Shown here: one piece after another, positions 1 to 10,407 of the stretch
Numbering within the stretch: the stretch's first letter is position 1
Layout: every line of letters starts with the position of its first letter
Origin: a bacterium
GTDB lineage: Bacteria > Bacillota > Clostridia > Oscillospirales > CAG-272
Length of the DNA stretch: 64,000 nt
Assembly: GCA_963642885.1 (NCBI GenBank)
Contig: CAVIJI010000004.1
Coordinates: forward strand, 22,633 to 86,632
Direction: 5' to 3'
The notes under the pieces: model-generated
Database searches by the model: none
Seen by the model: only the letters and a program-made list of their open reading frames with translations
Told to the model about the DNA's origin: nothing
Program-made: the position numbers and the translations under genes

Positions 1-64
1 AAAAGAGAAGCGAGAAGATAAAAAATAAACTGAAGAGTAAATAAATTAAGAAAGGAAAAATACT

Positions 65-1879
65 ATGCAGGAAATAAAAAAGCCCAGAAAACCGATAATA
101 TTCTATTATGCCATTGTGATGGTAATTCTCTTGCTCATAAACATCTTTCTGATGCCTTTTGTTTCTCAGCGCAAGATCAAGGAAGTTGATTACGGTACAT
201 TCATGAAAATGACCGAAGAAAAGGAAATCGGCCAGGTTGAGGTACAGGATAATCAGATTCTTTTTACAGACAAAAGCGGAAGCAATATATACAAAACCGG
301 AAAAATGGACGATGACGGACTCGTGGAGCGTTTATATGATTCGGGAGCGGTGTTCACAAGCGAAATCATAGAAGAAACATCTCCGATAGTCAGCCTGATT
401 TTTTCATGGATAGTTCCCGTGCTTATTTTCTGGGGACTCGGACAATTGTTGACGAAGCAGCTGATGAAGCATGCGGGCGGTGACAATTCCATGATGTTCA
501 ACATCGGAAAGAGCAATGCCAAAATATATGTCAAGTCCTCCGACGGAATTAAATTTTCGGATGTCGCGGGTGAGGATGAAGCAAAGGAAAACCTAACGGA
601 AATTGTGGATTATTTACACAATCCTAAAAAATACGAGGAAATCGGTGCGTCGGTACCTAAGGGTATACTTTTGGTAGGCCCTCCCGGAACCGGTAAAACG
701 ATGCTTGCGAAGGCTGTTGCCGGAGAGGCAAATGTTCCGTTTTTCTCGATGTCCGGTTCCGAATTCGTTGAAATGTTTGTCGGTATGGGTGCGTCAAAGG
801 TACGTGATTTGTTCCGACAGGCAAAAGAAAAAGCACCTTGTATCGTCTTTATAGATGAAATCGATGCAATCGGCGGAAAGAGAGACGGAAGAATCGGCGG
901 AAACGACGAACGTGAACAGACATTAAATCAGCTTTTGACTGAGATGGACGGTTTCGAGGGAAATACGGGAGTAATTATTCTTGCGGCTACCAACAGACCG
1001 GAGAGCCTTGATGCCGCTTTGACAAGACCGGGAAGATTTGACCGAAGAGTACCCGTGGAGCTTCCCGATTTAAAGGGAAGGGAAGAAATACTCAGAGTAC
1101 ACGCGAAAAAAGTCAAGCTCGAAAATATGATTGATTTCACTCATATAGCACGGATGGCATCCGGTGCTTCGGGTGCGGAACTGGCTAATATTGTCAATGA
1201 GGCCGCACTTCGTGCGATACGAAACGGCAGAGACAGAGTTTCACAATCTGACCTTGAGGAAAGTATAGAGGTGGTTATAGCGGGATACCAGAAGAAGAAC
1301 GCTATACTTACGGACAACGAAAAGAAAATAGTCGCATATCATGAGATAGGTCATGCTCTTGTTGCCGCAATGCAGACAAACTCCGCTCCCGTACAGAAGA
1401 TTACAATCGTACCTCGTACATCGGGTGCACTCGGATACACAATGCAGGTAGAAGAAAACGACCATTATCTGATGAGCAAGGAAGAAATAGAAAACAAAAT
1501 CGCAACTCTGACAGGCGGACGTGCCGCTGAGGAGATTGCCATAGGTTCAGTCACTACGGGAGCCTCAAATGATATAGAACAGGCAACCAAGCTTGCAAGA
1601 GCGATGATAACACGCTACGGTATGAGTGATGAGTTCGGAATGGTGGCAATGGAAACCGTGACTAATCAATATCTCGGAGGGGACACATCACTTTCATGCT
1701 CGGCTGAAACACAGAGCGAAATCGACAGAAAAGTAGTTGAACTTGTTAAAAAGCAGCATGAAAAAGCTGTGAATATCTTAAAGAGCAACAGCAGAAAATT
1801 GGATGAGCTTGCCATGTATTTGTATGAGCATGAGACAATAACAGGTGAGGAATTCATGAATATTCTGAATGCCGCATAA
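65..1879 (+). CDS. ftsH: ATP-dependent zinc metalloprotease FtsH
   Basis: 604-aa ORF with N-terminal TM segments, Walker A GPPGTGKT, Walker B VFIDEIDA, SRH TNRPESLDAALTRPGRFDR and zinc site HEIGHA. Confidence 0.96.
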   Translation: MQEIKKPRKPIIFYYAIVMVILLLINIFLMPFVSQRKIKEVDYGTFMKMTEEKEIGQVEVQDNQILFTDKSGSNIYKTGKMDDDGLVERLYDSGAVFTSEIIEETSPIVSLIFSWIVPVLIFWGLGQLLTKQLMKHAGGDNSMMFNIGKSNAKIYVKSSDGIKFSDVAGEDEAKENLTEIVDYLHNPKKYEEIGASVPKGILLVGPPGTGKTMLAKAVAGEANVPFFSMSGSEFVEMFVGMGASKVRDLFRQAKEKAPCIVFIDEIDAIGGKRDGRIGGNDEREQTLNQLLTEMDGFEGNTGVIILAATNRPESLDAALTRPGRFDRRVPVELPDLKGREEILRVHAKKVKLENMIDFTHIARMASGASGAELANIVNEAALRAIRNGRDRVSQSDLEESIEVVIAGYQKKNAILTDNEKKIVAYHEIGHALVAAMQTNSAPVQKITIVPRTSGALGYTMQVEENDHYLMSKEEIENKIATLTGGRAAEEIAIGSVTTGASNDIEQATKLARAMITRYGMSDEFGMVAMETVTNQYLGGDTSLSCSAETQSEIDRKVVELVKKQHEKAVNILKSNSRKLDELAMYLYEHETITGEEFMNILNAA

Positions 1880-1892
1880 CGGAGGATTTAAT

Positions 1893-2990
1893 TTGGCAAA
1901 GCTGTTTAAAATAAATGAAAAAGATATCAAACAAGCCGATGATAAAGAAAAAGCTATAGAGACGGAAAAAGAGCTTCCTCCAGATTCGGCACTCGGTAAA
2001 ATGCTCGGCGAAAGCGAGAACACAGTTGAAGCTGCCGAAAAAGCGGAAATCGAAATGCACGAATATTACGAGAAAATGGTCGACGAAAAGTCGGATGTAG
2101 ATGACGCTGGTGTCGAATTAAGGATTGAAGCTTTACGAAAAATTTCATCTAATCTCACAAAAGCAAGCCTGATATCAATCAATCTCGAAGATGAAGTACG
2201 TGCAAGATGGCATGATGTTCAAAAGAGCAAAAAAGGTGTGTTTATACCGCGTGCTCCCGCAAATGCGGAGATTGACTATAAGGAAGTAAAAAAAGACAAC
2301 TTTGCACAGGGAACGAATTTTTACAAGTTGGCTTTGGTCTTTATCATAGGAAGCTTCGTCGGTGTAATAATCGAACTTATTTGGTGCTTCCTCAAGAACG
2401 GATATATAGAAAGCCGTTCGGGATTGGTGTACGGTACTTTTAATTTGCTGTACGGAGTCGGAGCTTTAGCTTTAACCGTGACATTGTATAATTTGCGTAA
2501 CCATTCACGTTGGCTGTCGTTTTTTGGCGGACTTGTGATAGGCAGTGCCGTGGAATACGCATGCTCGTTCGGTCAGGAATTATTGTTCGGCTCACGCTCG
2601 TGGGATTACAGCAACATGCCGTTCAACTTAAACGGAAGAATTTGCTTACTGTATTCCATATTCTGGGGAATTCTCGGCATGATGTGGATTAAGAATCTGT
2701 ATCCCAGATTGTCTGACATTATACTGAAAATACCGAATAAAATAGGTAAAGCGGTAACATGGGTACTTATAATATTTATCGTATTTGACGCTGCCGTGTC
2801 ATTGATTGCGGTGGAACGTTGGGTTCAGAGAAAAGACGGTATCGAAGCGAATAATGCGTTTTTCGAATTCATAGATGAACGATTTGATGATGAAAGAATG
2901 AAAAAAGTGTATGCTAATATGGTATTCGGAGACGAAGAAGAAGAGGATAAAAAAGAGGGAGAGGGAATTATTTCCGAATTATTCGAATAA
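1893..2990 (+). CDS. Multi-pass membrane protein with acidic N-terminal region (possibly PF06541 'putative ABC-transporter type IV' family)
   Basis: Track ORF is 1869..2990. A TTG at 1893 lies 7 nt after GGAGG and avoids overlap with the ftsH stop. The C-terminal half has 5-6 hydrophobic helices and a SWDYS...NGRI pattern. The family call is from memory only. Confidence 0.5.
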   Translation: MAKLFKINEKDIKQADDKEKAIETEKELPPDSALGKMLGESENTVEAAEKAEIEMHEYYEKMVDEKSDVDDAGVELRIEALRKISSNLTKASLISINLEDEVRARWHDVQKSKKGVFIPRAPANAEIDYKEVKKDNFAQGTNFYKLALVFIIGSFVGVIIELIWCFLKNGYIESRSGLVYGTFNLLYGVGALALTVTLYNLRNHSRWLSFFGGLVIGSAVEYACSFGQELLFGSRSWDYSNMPFNLNGRICLLYSIFWGILGMMWIKNLYPRLSDIILKIPNKIGKAVTWVLIIFIVFDAAVSLIAVERWVQRKDGIEANNAFFEFIDERFDDERMKKVYANMVFGDEEEEDKKEGEGIISELFE

Positions 2991-3016
2991 AGTATGATTC
3001 CATCCGATATTTAAAT

Positions 3017-3049
3017 AAAGGGAGATATTTTTTATCTCCCTTTATTTTT
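3017..3049 (+). terminator. Rho-independent terminator
   Basis: aaagggagat-attttt-atctcccttt hairpin followed by a T-run, 27 nt after the stop at 2990. Confidence 0.75.
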
Positions 3050-3064
3050 ATGGTTAGGATGGCA

Positions 3065-3424
3065 TTAAACAGTTACGGTATATTCTTCATAAATATCAAG
3101 TCTTTCAATGAGAGTGAAATCATCGTAAATGTTTATTCCCACATCCCCTACTTGTTTGCCGTTAAGTATTATTCCCCGTGATTGGAATGTTCCCTCAGGG
3201 TCAAGCGAAGTTTTTCTATTGATTCCATGGAAAGCTTACTGTCAAGCTCTTTGGAATAGCGGATGTCTTTGTTATCTTTATCGAACGTGCCGAGGTTGTC
3301 GGTCGCCGATTTGATTTGTTCGGGAGTGAATGCTACGTAATAGTCCGTGTTGTTGGTATTGTACGCAATGAATGAAATATTGTATTGTAAAGTCGGCACG
3401 GAAATGTTATAATTAAGCATACTT
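3065..3424 (-). pseudogene. Frameshifted, SD-less gene remnant (possible fragment of a phage/ICE polyvalent protein)
   Basis: The minus frame reads MLNYNIS...FTPEQIKSATDNLGTFDKDNKDIRYS...HSNHGE* (stop at 3169). It stays coding-like in the next frame, IILNGKQVGDVGINIYDDFTLIERLDIYEEYTVTV* (stop at 3065). There is no SD before the ATG at 3424. Confidence 0.3.
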
Positions 3425-3457
3425 TTATATAATAAAAATATCGGAAGGATAAAAGTC

Positions 3458-4435
3458 ATGTTAACTATACAAAAACAACCCGGCAAGGATTTTCTTATTC
3501 TCAACTTAAGTGACCCTCAGCTTAATGATGCCGAATGGGCACCCGAACATAAAAGCCGTGCGATATTGCAATATACAATGCGCACCTTGATTGAAAGCGA
3601 AAAACCTGACCTTATCACCGTTACCGGTGACATTGCGTGGGCGGGAGAAACAGCGGCGTATAAGGCGTTCGCAGATGAAATCGACGCATACGGTATTCCG
3701 TGGGCACCCGTGTGGGGCAATCACGACAACCAAGGCGGCACGGAAACTATAGACAAGGTAGCGGATTTATACATGACATATCCGCACTGTATCTACGAAA
3801 AGGGTGACGCGGCAATCGGCAACGGCAACTATGTTATTGCGATTTCCGAGGGTGATAAAATTGCGGAAGGTGTGATTATGATGGATTCACACGACAGAGA
3901 TCCGTACCCGAAAGAAGACGGAACCATGGATAAAGTGTGGGCTAAGCTGACCAAGTCTCAGCTTGTGTGGTACAAAGAACAGATTGAAATGCTGAAGAAG
4001 CTGGGCTGTAATGACACATCCGTCTTTTTGCATATTCCGATTTATGCTTATCGTGAAGCGTGGAAAGCGGCTCATAATACGGAATTCGCACCTGAATCTA
4101 TTACTCCGCAGGAATCGAGCGATCCCAAATACTGGAACGACGGTTATAAGAATTCCATAGGTGTTCAATATGAAGGAATTGCAAGCTATCCCGAGGACGA
4201 AGGTGCTTTTGATGCGATTCTTGAGGGCGGTACCACAAAGCTTGTTGTAGCGGGACATGATCATATCAATAACACCGTAATAAACTATCGCGGTGTAGAC
4301 CTTGTATATTCACTGAAAGCAGGCGCGGGATGCTATTGGAATCCGTGCTTGAACGGCGGCACGGTTATTCGCATCACGGAAAACGGAGTTGCCGAAGTTC
4401 GACATTCGTTTGTAAATGTGGATAAGCTTCTTTAA
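3458..4435 (+). CDS. Metallophosphoesterase (calcineurin-like)
   Basis: 325 aa with motifs LSDPQ, GDIAW, GNHD, HIPIY and GHDH in canonical order. Confidence 0.85.
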   Translation: MLTIQKQPGKDFLILNLSDPQLNDAEWAPEHKSRAILQYTMRTLIESEKPDLITVTGDIAWAGETAAYKAFADEIDAYGIPWAPVWGNHDNQGGTETIDKVADLYMTYPHCIYEKGDAAIGNGNYVIAISEGDKIAEGVIMMDSHDRDPYPKEDGTMDKVWAKLTKSQLVWYKEQIEMLKKLGCNDTSVFLHIPIYAYREAWKAAHNTEFAPESITPQESSDPKYWNDGYKNSIGVQYEGIASYPEDEGAFDAILEGGTTKLVVAGHDHINNTVINYRGVDLVYSLKAGAGCYWNPCLNGGTVIRITENGVAEVRHSFVNVDKLL

Positions 4436-4480
4436 TGACGATACACAGATATTTAAAATATTGAAATACAGTTCGGAACA

Positions 4481-4511
4481 AAAAGGGGATGACTTAAGTC
4501 ATCCCCTTTTT
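4481..4511. terminator. Bidirectional terminator between convergent genes
   Basis: aaaaggggatgac-ttaa-gtcatcccctttt is a perfect 13-bp stem flanked by A- and T-runs. Confidence 0.8.
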
Positions 4512-4530
4512 CGGAATAGCAGTATATGAA

Positions 4531-5862
4531 TTATACACCCTGTGCCAGCATAGCATTGACTACCTTGGAGAAGCCTGCGATGTTTGCACCGGCAACGTAG
4601 TTGCCTTCCATGCCGTATTCGCGTGCGGCTTCGTCAATGTTGTGATAAATTCCGGTCATTATACCCTTCAGCTTGTTGTCGACTTCGTCGAATGACCAGC
4701 TCAATCTTTCGCTGTTCTGAGACATTTCAAGTCCGCTTGTCGCAACGCCGCCCGCATTGGAAGCCTTGCCGCAAACAAAGAGAACACCGTTTTCCTGAAG
4801 ATACTTTGTGGCTTCGATGGATGTAGGCATATTCGCACCTTCGCAAACACACTTTACACCGTTCTTAACGAGTTCCTTTGCATCATCGATAAGAAGCTCA
4901 TTCTGTGTTGCACAGGGAAGAGCGATATCGCACTTTACAGACCAAACGCCCTTACCTTCATGGTATTCGGCAGAGCTCTTAGCATCCTTGTATTCGGAAA
5001 TTCTTCCGCGTTTAACCTCTTTGATTTCCTTAACGAGATCAAGGTCGATACCGTCCTTGTCGTAAATCCATCCTGTGGAATCGCTCATCGTAACAACCTT
5101 CGCGCCGAGCTGCTGAGCCTTTTCAACAGCGTAAATTGCAACGTTTCCGGCACCGGATACCGCTACTGTCTTGCCATCAAGACCGTCATTGTGGCACTTG
5201 AGAAGCTCGTCTGTGAGATAGAGAAGGCCGTATCCTGTAGCCTGTGTACGAACAAGAGAACCGCCGTATGAAAGACCTTTACCTGTGAGAACACCTTCGT
5301 AAAGACCTGTGAGACGCTTGTACTGGCCGAACATATAACCGATTTCACGTGCTCCCGTACCGATATCACCGGCGGGTACGTCTGTGTCGGCACCAATATA
5401 TTTGCTGAGTTCCGTCATGAAAGACTGGCAGAATGCCATAACTTCACGATCGCTCTTGCCCTTGGGATCGAAATCGGAACCGCCTTTGGCTCCGCCCATA
5501 GGCAGACCTGTGAGACTGTTCTTGAATACCTGCTCGAAGCCGAGGAACTTAATAACGGAAAGGTTTACAGACGGATGAAGTCTTATACCGCCTTTGTAAG
5601 GACCTATTGAGTTGTTGAACTGAACTCTGTAACCTGTGTTTACTCTGATTTTACCGGAATCATCTACCCACGGCACACGGAACATAACCTGACGATCGGG
5701 CTCGGTGATGCGTTCGAGTATTGCTTCCTGCTCGTATAATTTTTCATTTTTTGTGATAACTTTTTCAAGGGATTCGAAAACTTCGTGAACCGCCTGAAGG
5801 AACTCAGGCTGATAAGAATACTTTGCGTCTACTTGTGAAAGAACATTCTGTAAATAACTCAT
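4531..5862 (-). CDS. gdhA: NADP-specific glutamate dehydrogenase
   Basis: 443 aa with YKGGIRLHPSV, GGAKGGSDFDPKGKS (catalytic Lys region) and the dinucleotide motif GAGNVA. An SD GGAGGG lies upstream. Confidence 0.95.
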   Translation of the reverse strand: MSYLQNVLSQVDAKYSYQPEFLQAVHEVFESLEKVITKNEKLYEQEAILERITEPDRQVMFRVPWVDDSGKIRVNTGYRVQFNNSIGPYKGGIRLHPSVNLSVIKFLGFEQVFKNSLTGLPMGGAKGGSDFDPKGKSDREVMAFCQSFMTELSKYIGADTDVPAGDIGTGAREIGYMFGQYKRLTGLYEGVLTGKGLSYGGSLVRTQATGYGLLYLTDELLKCHNDGLDGKTVAVSGAGNVAIYAVEKAQQLGAKVVTMSDSTGWIYDKDGIDLDLVKEIKEVKRGRISEYKDAKSSAEYHEGKGVWSVKCDIALPCATQNELLIDDAKELVKNGVKCVCEGANMPTSIEATKYLQENGVLFVCGKASNAGGVATSGLEMSQNSERLSWSFDEVDNKLKGIMTGIYHNIDEAAREYGMEGNYVAGANIAGFSKVVNAMLAQGV

Positions 5863-6076
5863 TTTACCCTCCGAATAAATATACTATGTCTACGAGTTAA
5901 ATATTACCACATATTCGAGTAAAATGCAATATTTACGTTTAAATATTCATGCGAAAAATGCAATTTCTTCGTTTTGCCGAAAAATGGAGTGAATTTGCAT
6001 ACTTTGTTCCTACAGAGTGACGGATATAAAACGGCATCTTGCAAAAGCTCGCATTTTATGAAATAAAAATGAAATA

Positions 6077-7255
6077 TTATACGTTGTCGGCACTTTCAAC
6101 ATACACGGGAATCGGGAGAGCGGCACGTATCGCGGGAGAGATTTTGTTTCTGTACGGAGACGACAAAGCGAAGAAGAATGCCATCGCATCACGGTGCTCG
6201 AGTTCAAGCTCGCAATTTCCGTCGTATTCTTCGACTGAAGTGAATCTTCCGTTGATTTTCTCGGAATGCGTCGAGATTTTAAGCTTTTCGTCCTTGGCGT
6301 ATCCGTGAATAAGTACGGTTAATGTGCCGTCAAGCATCGGCTTATATGATGCTTCGAATTCGAGGAAAGCTCCGATGAATTTCCTGTAGTTGAAAATGTT
6401 GAACATATCGCAGTGACTTACCGAATAGCCGCCGCAAATGCGTATTGCTTTAGCAAGAAGCTCTTCACACCAATCGGGAATTCTTATGGTAACCGAATCG
6501 TATTTTTGTACGTAGTTGCGGATTACATCGTCAAAATCGTCTATATTCTTGAGTGTGAGCTCCTGAAGATCCGCTATGAAATAGCCTATGAATTCGTTAT
6601 TTTTGAAAATGGCACGGAGAGAATTACGCCATGAGAGACATATATCATAAAATCTGTCGCGAGGTCTTAATGTACGCATGGGTCTTGTATTGAATAATTC
6701 GTAGATTTTATCGATAAGCTCGGTCTCGTTTGACTGCACATCACGTATTTCGAGCTCGGTGAAGGGAACATCTCTGAAGCAGTGACGAAGGTTTCTGTGA
6801 CCGATGTCGATATTGTATACCATACCGATGTGATCAAAGCCGAAATAATTGTATCTTTGTCTCTGACCTCCGAGCACGGAATAGTCAACACCGTCTTTTA
6901 TCATATCGGAAAGAGCAAGATTCATGGAATCTATCATATATCCTTTGGAACGTGAGTACGGATGTACGGCAACATTTCCTATGCCGCGGCATTTGAGAAC
7001 TTCGCCGCCTACGGTTAATTCCGAATCGAATGCTCCTATAGCGGCTTTAAGCTTGCCGTTTTCCGTAACAACGTAATTGTTGTAGCAAGGGTCGTATTCG
7101 GGTTTGTACAGCTTCGGAAGAAGCTTTTTAAAATCTTGTTCGTTTCCGTTGAAGCCGAATACATAGTTTATGAAGTCTACGTATTCATCGTACATTTCGG
7201 CATTGCCTCTGCCTTTGTAAATAATCGGTTCGCTCATAGTATTTATACCTTTCAT
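6077..7255 (-). CDS. GNAT family N-acetyltransferase (Eis-like, with C-terminal SCP2-like part)
   Basis: 392 aa with an acetyl-CoA pocket region VAVHPYSRSKGYM. The alternative ATG at 7237 (MSEPIIY) has a better SD (GAAAGG). Confidence 0.65.
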   Translation of the reverse strand: MKGINTMSEPIIYKGRGNAEMYDEYVDFINYVFGFNGNEQDFKKLLPKLYKPEYDPCYNNYVVTENGKLKAAIGAFDSELTVGGEVLKCRGIGNVAVHPYSRSKGYMIDSMNLALSDMIKDGVDYSVLGGQRQRYNYFGFDHIGMVYNIDIGHRNLRHCFRDVPFTELEIRDVQSNETELIDKIYELFNTRPMRTLRPRDRFYDICLSWRNSLRAIFKNNEFIGYFIADLQELTLKNIDDFDDVIRNYVQKYDSVTIRIPDWCEELLAKAIRICGGYSVSHCDMFNIFNYRKFIGAFLEFEASYKPMLDGTLTVLIHGYAKDEKLKISTHSEKINGRFTSVEEYDGNCELELEHRDAMAFFFALSSPYRNKISPAIRAALPIPVYVESADNV

Positions 7256-7262
7256 ACTTAAT

Positions 7263-9527
7263 TTATTTTATTGCTTTAATTGTCGCTTTTCCGGAATTAA
7301 GTTTAGCACTGCCGACTGTTATTGTGACGTCTCCCGGGGTATTCGTCTTAATAACGGCAACCGCACGCCCCTCAAATGCGTGGCAAATGTCAGAGCCGTA
7401 TCTGTCTTCGTTTTTCGGGTCGCCGGAAAAAATACCAAGCAGCTCGCCTCCATCGACAATACAGCACAGCTCCGCTTTCGAGTCGGGGATTCTGTCACCG
7501 CTTGAATCTGTTACAAATATGTCGAAGTAGCACAAATCACGTCCGTCGGCTTTAATTTCGCATGATTCGGGTATTACCTTGATTGAACTCGGAATGCCCA
7601 CGGTATGAAGTGAAGAACGGCCGCATTCGCTTCCGTTTTTGTATGCGATAACGGATAGTTCACCTTTTTCGTACGGTATATCGAGTGTGGAAATCGCTTT
7701 TTCGGTTTTGCTTTTACCGACTAATTTGCCGTTTAAATACCATGCGATTTCATCGGCGTCTGTGTAAACCTCACATTTTACTGGCTTTCCGATATATTTG
7801 TCGTCAAACGTCCATGAATCGAGAACATCATACCAGTGCCATTCCGTTCCCGTAAAGCCTTCGCCGTAATGCTCGGGATGTGTGGTGAATATGCGGGGCT
7901 CTGTGTTATGAACCCAAATCGCTTCACGGAAATATGATTGCGGGCGGCGGAATCCGCATAGGTCAAAGTCTCCCTGATAACATGAACGCCAAGGGTATCC
8001 GGCTAAGCTGATACCGCGAATTATACCGTCACGTGCCCAACATGAACGTCCCGTTCCCGCTTCTCCGAGATTGTCATAAGCAGTCCATGTGAAATCGCCG
8101 ATTACATAGCTGTTGTTAAGCACAGTCTGCCATGAATCGTAGAAGTGGATCGCATGCGTTTCGGAACCCCATATTACCCGATTCGGAAATTGTTTGTGAT
8201 CTCTTTCATATCTTTGATAGAGATAGTTATAACCGCATATATCGAGAGGTGCGTAGTATCCTTTGGTGCGGTCTGCCCACGTTTCACCGTCTCCCATCTG
8301 GTATGTAGCCGATGTGACAAGACGTGTGTCATCGTATTTTTTAATTTCGGCTGTCAGACGTGCCGACCATTCATCGCCGTCACAGTTTCCGTAGCTTTCT
8401 GGAATTTCGTTTCCTATTGAATATGCTATGACACACGGGTGCTTTCTGTCGCGGCGAACCATCGATGCGATATCCTTATCCCACCATCCGTCAAACCACA
8501 TATGGTAGTTCAATTCACCGCCTTTATCGAGTCTCCAACAGTCGAATGCTTCGTCCATGACAATAATGCCCATTTCGTCACACATTTCCAACAGTGTCAG
8601 TGACGGCGGGTTGTGAGCGATTCTGAGAGCATTAAATCCCGCGTTCTTAAGCTTTGTCAGCTTGCGTCTGCATGCAGCAGGATAATCGGCTGCACCGAGT
8701 ACACCGTGATCATGATGAATGCATCCCCCGCGAAGCTTCAGCGGTTTTCCGTTAAACAACAGACCGTTTTCCGCATCGGCTGATACCGTACGGATACCGA
8801 ATTTTGTTTTGTCGGTTTCGACGATTTGGCCGTTATCGATTATTTTAGTACTTAATGTATACAGATACGGATCATCTGTACTCCATGCTCTTGCGTCTTT
8901 TATGTCGAAAGTCAATTTGACAGAGGTTTTGCTTCCCGCAACGAGATTTACCGAAATCGTTTTTGCGGTTATCGGCTTGCTTCCCGCCAGTATTTCGGCG
9001 GCGAGAGTAATATCGGCATCTTTATCCGAGCTGATTTCGTAAGACACGGCAACAGTGTCAAGTGTAGGCGTTGAGACAAAAACATCCCATGGTTCGATGC
9101 GTATGTCTCCGCCGTGCCAAAGGAATACATCGCGATATACACCCGCACCTGAATACCATCTGGTAGAGGGTTGATGAGCATGTGTGGTTATAGACAGCTT
9201 ATTCATGCCGTCCTTTTTGCGTCCCGTCAGGTCCACAAGAAAAGGAGTATATCCGTGAGGATGCATAACCAGCTGATAGTTATTTAACTTAACCGAGGCA
9301 CACATGTACGCACCGTCAATATCCAGAATATAGTGTCCTTTTCCGAGCTCAATATCCTTGACATAGGTACCGGTGCCGCCTTCGAAAAAGCCGTTTGAGG
9401 CACCGCCTAAAGCGTTGGGATTACGCGGCTGAGTCACTGCGTAATCATTGGGGAGGTCAACTTCACGCCATCCGTTTGTACCGGGGGCGTTCAAAAGCCA
9501 TCCTTTGGAGATGCAGATTTTTTTCAT
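7263..9527 (-). CDS. Glycoside hydrolase family 2 (beta-galactosidase/beta-glucuronidase-like)
   Basis: 754 aa with GH2 domain order. Motifs seen are LRIAHNPPS, SIGNEIPE (acid/base Glu) and WGSETH (nucleophile region). Confidence 0.85.
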   Translation of the reverse strand: MKKICISKGWLLNAPGTNGWREVDLPNDYAVTQPRNPNALGGASNGFFEGGTGTYVKDIELGKGHYILDIDGAYMCASVKLNNYQLVMHPHGYTPFLVDLTGRKKDGMNKLSITTHAHQPSTRWYSGAGVYRDVFLWHGGDIRIEPWDVFVSTPTLDTVAVSYEISSDKDADITLAAEILAGSKPITAKTISVNLVAGSKTSVKLTFDIKDARAWSTDDPYLYTLSTKIIDNGQIVETDKTKFGIRTVSADAENGLLFNGKPLKLRGGCIHHDHGVLGAADYPAACRRKLTKLKNAGFNALRIAHNPPSLTLLEMCDEMGIIVMDEAFDCWRLDKGGELNYHMWFDGWWDKDIASMVRRDRKHPCVIAYSIGNEIPESYGNCDGDEWSARLTAEIKKYDDTRLVTSATYQMGDGETWADRTKGYYAPLDICGYNYLYQRYERDHKQFPNRVIWGSETHAIHFYDSWQTVLNNSYVIGDFTWTAYDNLGEAGTGRSCWARDGIIRGISLAGYPWRSCYQGDFDLCGFRRPQSYFREAIWVHNTEPRIFTTHPEHYGEGFTGTEWHWYDVLDSWTFDDKYIGKPVKCEVYTDADEIAWYLNGKLVGKSKTEKAISTLDIPYEKGELSVIAYKNGSECGRSSLHTVGIPSSIKVIPESCEIKADGRDLCYFDIFVTDSSGDRIPDSKAELCCIVDGGELLGIFSGDPKNEDRYGSDICHAFEGRAVAVIKTNTPGDVTITVGSAKLNSGKATIKAIK

Positions 9528-9531
9528 TGTC

Positions 9532-10407
9532 CTATATCCTTTCCCGAATTACAGAATCGCAGGCATATGACGTAATTCCTGCGTTGTCGAGCTGTGTTTT
9601 TACATAATCAAGTTCGGTCGTATCATAAAACAGAGCAAATATAGTAGGGCCGCTTCCGCTCATCATAACTCCGTCCGCACCGAGCACCAAAAGTTTGTTT
9701 TTTATAGCGTCGGCAGCGGGTCTGACGGGCAGTATAACGGATTCAAAAGCATTATACAATATGTGCGGGATATTGCCTTCGACTACGTCATTTATAATGT
9801 CATCGCACTTACACATAGCGGAAGGCTTTACCTCGTCGAGCATTGCGTAAGCCGTAGGCGTTGATACACCATCTCCCGACGGAACTATGAGAATTCGGTA
9901 TTTGGGCTTTTCGGGGGAGAGTACTGTGATTTTTTCTCCTATACCGCGGCATATCGCACAGCCTCCCGTTAAGCAGAACGGTATGTCGGCACCCACACTC
10001 GCACCAATCGAACAAAGTGTATCGCTGTCGAGACGGGCATCGGTCATTTCGTTCAGAAGCTTAATGACGGCTGCACCGTCGGTCGAACCTCCCGCCAAGC
10101 CACCGCTTATCGGAATATGTTTTTCAATATGTATTTTAATATCAAAACCGTTTTTTCCTGTAATCTGCAGAAATTTAACCGCGCATTTATATGCTATATT
10201 ATTCTTGTCGAGCGGTATTTGCGGAGTGTCGGAGGTAATGGCTACGGTATTCATTCCCGTATTGTTTTTGTTAAGCTCAAGTGTGACATTATCGGCGAGA
10301 GAAATTTCCTGCATCAGCGTTTCTATTTCATGATATCCGTCTGTTCTCTTACTTCCGACGTTGAGATAAAGATTTATTTTAGCGTATGCCTTAACAGTTT
10401 TTTTCAT
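9532..10407 (-). CDS. ispE: 4-diphosphocytidyl-2-C-methyl-D-erythritol kinase
   Basis: 291 aa, N-terminus KAYAKINLYLNV, GHMP motif ISGGLAGGSTDGAA. Confidence 0.9.
   Translation of the reverse strand: MKKTVKAYAKINLYLNVGSKRTDGYHEIETLMQEISLADNVTLELNKNNTGMNTVAITSDTPQIPLDKNNIAYKCAVKFLQITGKNGFDIKIHIEKHIPISGGLAGGSTDGAAVIKLLNEMTDARLDSDTLCSIGASVGADIPFCLTGGCAICRGIGEKITVLSPEKPKYRILIVPSGDGVSTPTAYAMLDEVKPSAMCKCDDIINDVVEGNIPHILYNAFESVILPVRPAADAIKNKLLVLGADGVMMSGSGPTIFALFYDTTELDYVKTQLDNAGITSYACDSVIRERI

Noticed and set aside
1869-1892. ATG at 1869 as the start of the membrane-protein gene (overlapping the ftsH stop).
   Set aside because: The in-frame TTG at 1893 has a GGAGG SD at ideal spacing, whereas the ATG has none. 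The call remains uncertain.
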